Below, piece by piece: positions 1 through 7,879 of a stretch of DNA of 64,000 nt (position 1 is its first letter; each line of letters opens with the position of its first letter). Where the stretch lies: assembly GCA_017480425.1 (NCBI GenBank), contig JAFVAR010000052.1:2396-66395 (forward strand), read 5' to 3'. The position numbers were made by a program, and so were the translations under genes. Origin of the DNA: a bacterium (lineage in GTDB: Bacteria; Cyanobacteriota; Vampirovibrionia; Gastranaerophilales; Gastranaerophilaceae). The notes beneath the pieces were generated by a model, which was not told the origin of the DNA, made no database searches, and was given only the letters and a program-made list of their open reading frames with translations.

Positions 1-423
1 AGAGATTTGACTTCCCGTTTTGATTTAAAGAATTCAAATTCTTCAGTGGATTTAGAGGGTGACAAATCGATTACTATTACTACTAATGATGAAATGAAGC
101 TCCGAAATATTTATGAGATTCTTCAATCAAAATTAGTCAAGAGGGGATTGAGTATAAAAATTTTGGATGCTCAACCGCTGGAAAACGCTCTGGGTGGTAA
201 CGTAAGACAAATATATAATCTAAGAAAAGGGCTGTCGCAAGAATTAGCAAAAAAAATTGTTGCAGATATTAAAGATTCTAAACTAAAAGTTCAAGCTTCT
301 ATTCAAGGTGAACAAGTTAGAGTTTCAGGAAAAAGCAAAGATGATTTGCAAGAAGTTATCGGACTTTTGAGAAAAAACGAAGACAAATATGATATTCCGC
401 TCCAATTTACAAACTATAGATAA
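1..423 (+). CDS. yajQ: YajQ family cyclic-di-GMP/nucleotide-binding protein (5' truncated by window edge)
   Basis: RFDLK, KLVKRG, KVQASIQGEQVRVSGKSKDDLQ and C-terminal PLQFTNYR are YajQ hallmarks; frame open from base 1. Confidence 0.93.
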   Translation, partial: RDLTSRFDLKNSNSSVDLEGDKSITITTNDEMKLRNIYEILQSKLVKRGLSIKILDAQPLENALGGNVRQIYNLRKGLSQELAKKIVADIKDSKLKVQASIQGEQVRVSGKSKDDLQEVIGLLRKNEDKYDIPLQFTNYR

Positions 424-450
424 TAAAATTAAAATTTGGCCGGTGATACG

Positions 451-1818
451 ATGTTAAATATAGAAAATACAGTAGACAGAATTCGTGAATTAATAGAAAA
501 CGGTGATGAACAACAACTCAGAACAGAGTTGGAAAGCTATCACTCTGCTGACCTTGCGGATTTATTTCAAGAACTGAGACCGGATGAGCGGCTAACTTGC
601 ATTACCAAAATCAATGAAGAACTGGCTTCTGATGTTATAGAGTATTTAACACCGCAATTGCAAGTAGAAATTCTGGGTGATATTGATGAGAATTTAGCAT
701 CAAGGCTGGTGTCAAAGCTTCCTCACGATGAAGCTGCCGATGTCTTAGGAAACATGGAAGAAGATGAGACGGAAGCTTTTCTGGAAAATTTACCGCAAAA
801 ATTTTCATCCGAGGTTCAAGAATTATTAACATACAATGAAGATACCGCAGGTGGTATCATGAACCCGCTTGTACTGACTGTATTTAATAATATGACTGTC
901 AAAGAAGCTCTCGATACAATCAGAATAAAAGCTGAAAAAGAAAATATGGAGCTTTACTATGCTTACGTTGTTGATAAAAATGATCACTTAGTCGGAGTTC
1001 TGTCATTAAGAACTCTTATTACAGCTCCTATAAATTTAAATATCGAAGATATTATGATTAAAGATATCGTAAAAATCCACGTCGATGACTACCAAGACCA
1101 TATTGCCGATGTATTTATGAAATATCAATTTAATGCACTGCCTGTAGTAGATTTATATGATAGGTTAAAAGGCATAGTAACATGGGATGATGCTCAAGAT
1201 ATCGTAGAAGAAGAAACAACAGACGAAATCTTACAATCTTCAGGTATCGTAACGGACTTAGGTGATGATGACGATGATATCTTAACAGGAAGTATCGGGC
1301 ATGCTATAAAAGCTCGCATGCCCTGGTTATTTATAACTTTAATAGGTGAATTCTTAGCCGTCAGTATTACTAACAAGTATGATACCACATTTACCGCATT
1401 GCCTGTTATTGCAGCATTTATGCCGTTGCTTGCGGGATTAGGCGGGAATATAGGAACACAAAGTATTACACTTATGGTTCGTGGTATGTCAACAGGACAA
1501 ATAACGTTGAGTTCTGGGTGGCATTATATTTTAAGAGAAACGATTACAGGTTTGAGCATAGGCGCAATTTTCGGAATGCTTGTGATGCTTGTTACTTGGG
1601 GATGGAAAAATAATGTTGAATTAGGAATAATTGTCGGTATTGCAATGTCTTTAAATATGACTATTGCAACAATGATTGGGACTTGCACTCCTTTAGTTTT
1701 GAAGAAATTGAAAATCGATCCTGCTGTTGCATCAGGCCCTGTTATTGCAACAACAATTGACGTTATCGGTTTAGCAGTTTACTTAACACTGGTAACTTGG
1801 TATTTAATAAGTGCATAA
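451..1818 (+). CDS. mgtE: Magnesium transporter MgtE
   Basis: MgtE-N domain, EDTAGGIM plus CBS pair, RMPWL, GGNIGTQS, IDPAVASGP..TTIDV; ATG at 451 preferred over TTG at 436. Confidence 0.95.
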   Translation: MLNIENTVDRIRELIENGDEQQLRTELESYHSADLADLFQELRPDERLTCITKINEELASDVIEYLTPQLQVEILGDIDENLASRLVSKLPHDEAADVLGNMEEDETEAFLENLPQKFSSEVQELLTYNEDTAGGIMNPLVLTVFNNMTVKEALDTIRIKAEKENMELYYAYVVDKNDHLVGVLSLRTLITAPINLNIEDIMIKDIVKIHVDDYQDHIADVFMKYQFNALPVVDLYDRLKGIVTWDDAQDIVEEETTDEILQSSGIVTDLGDDDDDILTGSIGHAIKARMPWLFITLIGEFLAVSITNKYDTTFTALPVIAAFMPLLAGLGGNIGTQSITLMVRGMSTGQITLSSGWHYILRETITGLSIGAIFGMLVMLVTWGWKNNVELGIIVGIAMSLNMTIATMIGTCTPLVLKKLKIDPAVASGPVIATTIDVIGLAVYLTLVTWYLISA

Positions 1819-1896
1819 ATAACTATATTTTACAATTTGTAATAATCATCAATATAAAAGCAATTTTAATCTTTTTTAAGTTTTTATATATATAAG

Positions 1897-2964
1897 ATGG
1901 TTACTTCAGTAGGAAAAACTTCAAATATCAGTATAAATCACGCTGCCTTTAAGGGAGTGCAGGATTTGCCGTCAAAAGTTAATAACAGCAAAAAATCCGA
2001 GGCCAATAATAAACACTCAGCGATAATTGCTGCAGCAGCAATTGGTGCTTGTGCGATTGCAGGAATTGCATTACATAAAAACGGAGTACTGAAAAATATA
2101 TTTACTAAATCAAAAGAATTAGCAAAAGATGATTCTTTTAAAACAATAGATGAGGCAAAAAATTATTTTGAAAAACAGGGTATTGAAGTCGATTTTAGAG
2201 GAGCAAGCAACGACCATCTTAATATGATTAACAATATAAAAAATGATCTTTTGAAGTTAAAAGAACTTGGTGTGAAAATTGATAAACCTAATTCTTTAAC
2301 AATTTCTGATTGGAGCAAAAAAGAAGAATATGCCCAAATATTCAGAGAAAAAGGACTTGAGTACATAACTTTACCTGAAACAATGCACGCTGTATGTAGG
2401 CGCAGCGGCAACAGTAACCATGTCTTTATAAATAGTAAGTATCCTGATTTTTGCAAGTTTAAACACGAAATGGGACATGCAAATCATTTTTCCGCTCATG
2501 ATAGTTATTTTGAATCACTTGGTATTAAAGGAAATGATTTTGTAAACAAACAACTGGAAGTTATTGGTGCGGGTGATATAAAAGTATTTAAAAACCCTAA
2601 ATTTTTTAATATATTTAATAATACAGCAAATAAAGAAAACGGTAGTTATATATACGTTATTGCTGATGAAAACAGCAAAACAATATATTTCAATGCAGAC
2701 AGAATCCTTGCAAAAATGCAGTGTGAGACTGATTGTTATGCTCCAAATCTTATGATTGAACAGATTGCAGATATATTTGAAGGACTTGCAAACGGTAAAA
2801 AATATAGTGATTCAGTGATGCTTATGTACGATTTTTGCGGTGGTGCAAGAATTCCAAACATAAAAATTAATAATCTTTGTTATGACGAGTATATTAGAAC
2901 ACTATACCAAAATCCACGCCTGCTTGAAGAATTAAGATGCTGTATCGGAATAATGAAAGGTTAG
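1897..2964 (+). CDS. Orphan protein with N-terminal 'AFKG' segment, one hydrophobic helix and HExxH zincin motif (putative metalloprotease)
   Basis: IIAAAAIGACAIAGIAL hydrophobic stretch; KHEMGHANH; no SD, ATG directly follows TATATATAAG motif. Confidence 0.6.
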   Translation: MVTSVGKTSNISINHAAFKGVQDLPSKVNNSKKSEANNKHSAIIAAAAIGACAIAGIALHKNGVLKNIFTKSKELAKDDSFKTIDEAKNYFEKQGIEVDFRGASNDHLNMINNIKNDLLKLKELGVKIDKPNSLTISDWSKKEEYAQIFREKGLEYITLPETMHAVCRRSGNSNHVFINSKYPDFCKFKHEMGHANHFSAHDSYFESLGIKGNDFVNKQLEVIGAGDIKVFKNPKFFNIFNNTANKENGSYIYVIADENSKTIYFNADRILAKMQCETDCYAPNLMIEQIADIFEGLANGKKYSDSVMLMYDFCGGARIPNIKINNLCYDEYIRTLYQNPRLLEELRCCIGIMKG

Positions 2965-5528
2965 AATTTTTTAAGATGAGCGTATGCCGCATCCATTGCT
3001 TTTTTGCCTAATTTACCAAAATCAATTGTATACATTGTGCTGTCACCAATTTGTATAACATCAGTAATATGTCCGATTCCGAGTTTTTCATGAAATACCC
3101 GTTCGCCAACATTAAAATAATATTGAGTAGCAGATTCTTTTAATGTCTTTGCCGCTTCCTGCTCTTTAGCTAAACGCTCATCCTCTTTTTTCTTTTCTTC
3201 AAGTTTTCGTTTCATAACGTTATCTTCAAAGAACTTCTTAATTTTTTCATCTTCTTTTTCTTTATTTATTGGATTTTTTTTAATAATAGCTCTTGCAGGA
3301 GATCGTTTTACTGTAGTTGTTGTCTTTGATACAGAAGGCGCAACAAAGTCTTTTCCGAAACCTGCAGAAGATTTTGAAGAATTTACCCCTTTATTGACTC
3401 CGGGGGCAATGAAATTAGGCCCAAAACCGGTTGAAGGCTTGACATAACCATCAGGATTATAAGATATTGATGATTTTTCATTACTATAATTTCTGTTAGA
3501 TCTATGCATGTCAGAAACTGATTTAACGGCACTTCTAAATGTGCTCCTATCTGAGGAATATTCAGAAAATGCAGACTCTTCCTCATCTATAAGATTTGCA
3601 GGAATTTCTGCCAAAAATCTGCTAGGGCTGTAGTATTTATATTCTCCCCACATTTGGCGTCGTTTTGCGGTTGTCAGATACAATTTATTTTCAGCCCGTG
3701 TAACACCTACATACATGAGCCTGCGTTCTTCTTCAAGCTCTGAAAGCGTATTTGAACATCTCGCAGAAGGGAATATCCCTTCGTCACACCCTGCCAAAAA
3801 TACAATAGGAAATTCCAAACCCTTTGATGCGTGCAGTGTCATTAAAGTGACATTGTTAGCAATCTCGTCCATTCCGTATATATCAGAAACCAGCGAAACT
3901 TGTGATAAGAATTCTCCTAAAATATTATCCTGTTCTTCAGGCTCAAACTCGTTTGCAACGTTAACAAGCTCCTGTAAGTTTTCAATTCTTATTTCATCCT
4001 CATCAGTGCCGGATGATTGAAGTTCATGCAAATATCCGCTTTTTTCCAGAATTAATCCCAAAAATTCCGGTAAAGAGTATTTTGATTCTGCTTCTTTAAA
4101 CTTATTAATCATAGAGGCAAAGTCTTTCAGCTTTGCTGCAGTGCCGGATTTTATTGCAGAAATATTATCCACATCAACAATTGCGGTAAAAAGGCTTATA
4201 TCATTTTCATCAGCATATTCCTGAAGATGTCTCAGAGTAGTTTCGCCGATTGCACGTTTAGGAACATTTATAATCCTTCTTAATGATTGAGAATCATCAT
4301 TGTTATAAACAAGTTTTAAATATGCAATGGCGTCTTTAATTTCTTTTCTGTCGTAAAATTTTAATCCGCCGTATATACGATAAGGTATTCCGGCTGCAAT
4401 AAGCGCTTCTTCAAGCGCACGGGACTGGTTGTTTGTTCTGTATAAAATTGCAAACTGATTGTAATTTTCTGATGTATCACGTATGGATTTAACTATATAA
4501 TTTGCTTCATCTGCTTCATCTTGAGCTTCATAGAGTGAAATTTTTTCTCCATCGCCTTTTTGAGAGTACAAAACCTTGTCAACACGTTCTTCGTTATTCT
4601 CAATTATTGAATTTGCGGCATTTAAAATATTTGCGGTTGACCTGTAATTTTGCTCCAGTTTCACCAGTTTTGCATTCGGAAAATCATTTTGAAAATTTAA
4701 AATAATTCTGAAATCAGCACCCCGCCATGAATATATAGATTGGTCAACGTCACCGACTACGCACAATGAACGTGTTTGTGGAATTTCAGTTTGTAAATTT
4801 GTATATAAAGCCTTTACAAGCTGGTATTGAGCCTGGTTTGTATCTTGGTATTCATCCACCAAAATGTGTTGAAATTTGTTATAGTATTTCAATCTCACGT
4901 CAGGATTTTGTTCAAGAAGCTTAACAGTAAGCATTAACATGTCGTCAAAATCAATAGCATTATTGTTGTTAAGTGCATTTTCATAAAATTCAAATACTTT
5001 TGCTATATTTTGGGATTTAAAATCACGGGCGAATGTTGCAAAAGTATACGCATCCTGCATTTTATTCTTTGCATTAGAAATGATTGCTTTGATTAATTTA
5101 GGCTGATAAATTTTGTCATCCAAATTAACCTTTTTAATACCCTGTTTAATAATTGCAAGCGAATCAGTTTCATCATAAATTGTAAAATTTTTATCCAGCT
5201 TTTTACCTGATTGAAAGGAGTAATTTTCAATATCTTGCCTTAAAATTCTGCCGCAAATACTGTGAAAAGTTCCTACCCACATATATTTAACAACATTTTC
5301 TCCGACAATTTTAGCAAGTCGCTCTCGCATTTCACGTGCAGCTTTATTTGTAAAAGTAACTGCTAAAATTTTACCTGCAACGGCTCCGTGCTGTATCATA
5401 TAAGCTATTCTCGAAGTTAAAACTTTTGTTTTACCGCTCCCTGCTCCGGCAAGAATTAATAAAGCTCCTTCTGTCGTTTGAGCAGCCTCAGCCTGCTCCT
5501 TGTTAAGGTTTGCTAAAATATTTTCCAT
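2961..5528 (-). CDS. pcrA: UvrD/PcrA ATP-dependent DNA helicase
   Basis: LAGAGSGKT, VTFTNKAA, VDEYQDTN, VGDVDQSIY, LEQNYRST, MTLHASKGLEF, EEERRLMYVGVTRA; C-terminal Tudor-like VGERVFHEKLGIG. Confidence 0.96.
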   Translation of the reverse strand: MENILANLNKEQAEAAQTTEGALLILAGAGSGKTKVLTSRIAYMIQHGAVAGKILAVTFTNKAAREMRERLAKIVGENVVKYMWVGTFHSICGRILRQDIENYSFQSGKKLDKNFTIYDETDSLAIIKQGIKKVNLDDKIYQPKLIKAIISNAKNKMQDAYTFATFARDFKSQNIAKVFEFYENALNNNNAIDFDDMLMLTVKLLEQNPDVRLKYYNKFQHILVDEYQDTNQAQYQLVKALYTNLQTEIPQTRSLCVVGDVDQSIYSWRGADFRIILNFQNDFPNAKLVKLEQNYRSTANILNAANSIIENNEERVDKVLYSQKGDGEKISLYEAQDEADEANYIVKSIRDTSENYNQFAILYRTNNQSRALEEALIAAGIPYRIYGGLKFYDRKEIKDAIAYLKLVYNNDDSQSLRRIINVPKRAIGETTLRHLQEYADENDISLFTAIVDVDNISAIKSGTAAKLKDFASMINKFKEAESKYSLPEFLGLILEKSGYLHELQSSGTDEDEIRIENLQELVNVANEFEPEEQDNILGEFLSQVSLVSDIYGMDEIANNVTLMTLHASKGLEFPIVFLAGCDEGIFPSARCSNTLSELEEERRLMYVGVTRAENKLYLTTAKRRQMWGEYKYYSPSRFLAEIPANLIDEEESAFSEYSSDRSTFRSAVKSVSDMHRSNRNYSNEKSSISYNPDGYVKPSTGFGPNFIAPGVNKGVNSSKSSAGFGKDFVAPSVSKTTTTVKRSPARAIIKKNPINKEKEDEKIKKFFEDNVMKRKLEEKKKEDERLAKEQEAAKTLKESATQYYFNVGERVFHEKLGIGHITDVIQIGDSTMYTIDFGKLGKKAMDAAYAHLKKF

Positions 5529-5623
5529 CCCCTATTCCCAAAATCTTTATTTTATGATATTATATATCAGCATACAAAAAATACGTAAAAATAACAATAC
5601 GACAATTTTAAGGGTGACACAGA

Positions 5624-6199
5624 ATGAGCATGATTTTAGATTCTATTGATGAAAACGAACAACAACCGTCTATTATGGTTCCTATTGAAGATATGGATAA
5701 GGCAGACAATTCACCTGATACGGTTGACGAGTTAGCTATGGAATTAGCAACAATAAAGCAGCCGGCAAAGAGAATAGCAATCATAGGTTCCAGAAATCTT
5801 GCCATTACGCATCAGCAAATGATTGAAACTCTTACAACAGCTCTCGTTCAGCAAGGCAATACTATTATCACATCCGGTGGTTCTTGCGGTACTAATGCAG
5901 CTGCAATCAGAGGTGCAATGAAATCTAATCCTGATAAATTGAAAGTTATTTTACCCCAGACAATAGGTCAGCAGCCATCTGATGTTCAAGATCAGTTAAT
6001 TGGTGTTCCAAATATTGTTGAACATTCAGACCGTGCAATGATGACTTTAGCAGATGCTTCAAGAGTATGCAACAGAGAGATTATTGACGACTGTAATCAA
6101 ATGATTTGTTTCTTGTCTCATACAAGTAAAACTCTTCATACTGCAGTTGAGTATGCGGAAGAAAATCACAAAGTTGTTACAGTATTTTATTTGGATTAG
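5624..6199 (+). CDS. Cyanobacterial-type DprA/Smf-like Rossmann-fold protein
   Basis: LAMELATI, KRIAIIGSR, ITSGG.GTNAAAIRGAM, VILPQ and C-terminal VVTVFYLD match the conserved cyanobacterial DprA-like family. Confidence 0.8.
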   Translation: MSMILDSIDENEQQPSIMVPIEDMDKADNSPDTVDELAMELATIKQPAKRIAIIGSRNLAITHQQMIETLTTALVQQGNTIITSGGSCGTNAAAIRGAMKSNPDKLKVILPQTIGQQPSDVQDQLIGVPNIVEHSDRAMMTLADASRVCNREIIDDCNQMICFLSHTSKTLHTAVEYAEENHKVVTVFYLD

Positions 6200-6204
6200 T
6201 AAAT

Positions 6205-7380
6205 ATGGATTTATTTAAAGCCCTGACAGGAAAAAGTCCTGCTGAGTATGAACAAGCGGCAAAAATTCTTGTTGATACTCCTGATATTGATTTATACAAA
6301 AAACTTGTAAATCAAGATGATTTTTTGTTTGATTTTGTAAAAAACAATGTTGCAAAACGTATACAAAGTGCTTGCAATAAAGAAAATTACTTGAACTTGA
6401 TAAAATTTTTCGATTATTATTCAGCTTCGTATGATACAGTTATAGCGGAAGTATTGTATCAGTATGGCGGTATGAACTTGTTTGAAGTAATGAAAGATAT
6501 GTTTTTAAACGGTTCTGATGAAAAGAAAGCATACTCTGCGAAGTTCTTATCGTTTTTATCTGGTGATATTTTATCGGAACTCTTACCTGAAATCAGAAAA
6601 AATGCACATAGCGAATATGAACCGCTTGCAGCAAATTCAATTGAAATTTTATCAAATCTTGGCGATGAAATATCCAAATCAAATGCTATAAAAAACTTGG
6701 AGGCAGAAGATGAATTTGAACAGTATGATGCTATTAAATTTTTGGTGGCATTTGGAGCAAAAGATCAACTCGGTAAAATAATAGATGTAATGAAAAAGTC
6801 TTCATTATCAGAAAATATTGCGGCGGAAATTCCTTATCTTGTGCCTTTGGATGAAATTTTAAAGTCTGATTTTGATAACGGAATTCTTATTTTGTGTAAT
6901 ATAGTAAATGCAATTCCGGAGATAATACCTGCAGCAGCAGCAATCGATTACAGTTTGTTTGAACTCTTTGAAGATTTATACTGTAGTAATTTAACAAGCA
7001 CATCTGCGTTACTTTTAAGATTGGCAAAAGATAAATTTGAATCTCTTTCCGAAAATGATGAGTATTTGTTTGATTGTGATAAAAATACAAAAGATGAAGT
7101 TAGAGCGGTAAGCAGACTGCTTGCTGGAGTTAATGTTAATAAACTCAATAGCCTTTTGTATGAAGAACTTTACGATGAAAGCGATTTTGTATTCTACGCA
7201 GTAGATTACGTTGATGATGTTGAGGAGCTTGAAACTCTGCTTGACAGTAAAAATCAAACGCTAGTGCTAAAAGTCCTAACTATCTTGAAGGAAAAACAAG
7301 CTTTGACAGCTTCACACAAACAGTTGGCATTAAGTAATATTACTAACAACGAAATTAAACAGGTTGTGGAAGTATTATAG
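6205..7380 (+). CDS. HEAT-repeat-like alpha-helical protein
   Basis: Leu/Asp/Glu-rich helical repeats (e.g. AANSIEILSNLGD, YDAIKFLVAFG); 5 nt after the upstream gene. Confidence 0.55.
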   Translation: MDLFKALTGKSPAEYEQAAKILVDTPDIDLYKKLVNQDDFLFDFVKNNVAKRIQSACNKENYLNLIKFFDYYSASYDTVIAEVLYQYGGMNLFEVMKDMFLNGSDEKKAYSAKFLSFLSGDILSELLPEIRKNAHSEYEPLAANSIEILSNLGDEISKSNAIKNLEAEDEFEQYDAIKFLVAFGAKDQLGKIIDVMKKSSLSENIAAEIPYLVPLDEILKSDFDNGILILCNIVNAIPEIIPAAAAIDYSLFELFEDLYCSNLTSTSALLLRLAKDKFESLSENDEYLFDCDKNTKDEVRAVSRLLAGVNVNKLNSLLYEELYDESDFVFYAVDYVDDVEELETLLDSKNQTLVLKVLTILKEKQALTASHKQLALSNITNNEIKQVVEVL

Positions 7381-7414
7381 GAATTTTTATTAAAAATTTA
7401 ATAATTCCTTATGC

Positions 7415-7705
7415 CTAGTTATTAATCCAAAATTCCGAATTCCCAAGCCCCAAGTCTTTTGTAAATTCTTCTGTTAATTTTGATGACACGAGCCAGCTAA
7501 CTTTGCCTTCAGGATATTTAACATAATGGCTCGTTGAACACATTGTGGAAACATAACAAGCGTCTATAATATTCATAAATGAAATATCTACGCTCAAATT
7601 AGGGCATTCGGATTGTTTAATGTATGAATTTATATACTCAACCGCTTTTTGCGGCTCACAAGTATCGGGAATTAAAATCTCTCTTTGGGGTAATAGCTGT
7701 TGCAT
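7415..7705 (-). CDS. Small STAS-like (anti-anti-sigma-like) protein
   Basis: 96 aa; LSVDISFMNIIDACYV resembles the STAS 'lDls.v.fiDSs' motif; SD AAGGA and sigma-28-like promoter upstream. Confidence 0.5.
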   Translation of the reverse strand: MQQLLPQREILIPDTCEPQKAVEYINSYIKQSECPNLSVDISFMNIIDACYVSTMCSTSHYVKYPEGKVSWLVSSKLTEEFTKDLGLGNSEFWINN

Positions 7706-7729
7706 GTATATTTTTCCTTAACATTAGTA

Positions 7730-7756
7730 TTATCGGCACATAATTTAATTTCTTTT
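7730..7756 (-). promoter_or_regulatory. Sigma-28 (FliA/SigD)-type promoter
   Basis: Minus strand AAAA-N15-GCCGATAA (perfect -10; consensus TAAA-N15-GCCGATAA), about 25 nt upstream of ATG 7705. Confidence 0.65.
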
Positions 7757-7879
7757 GCAAAATAATATAAATCTCATTCATTCAGTTGAGAAAAATTTAA
7801 TTAGCGAGTTTCATTGATTTTAACTTTATTTTTCTTTACAATTAGTCAATTTTTCTCTAATTTTTGTTTTATATATAGT

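Noticed and set aside
7814-7879. Apparent hydrophobic signal peptide on the M16 peptidase from the TTG start
   Set aside because: This is translated T-rich promoter DNA; ATG 7880 follows the conserved promoter motif.
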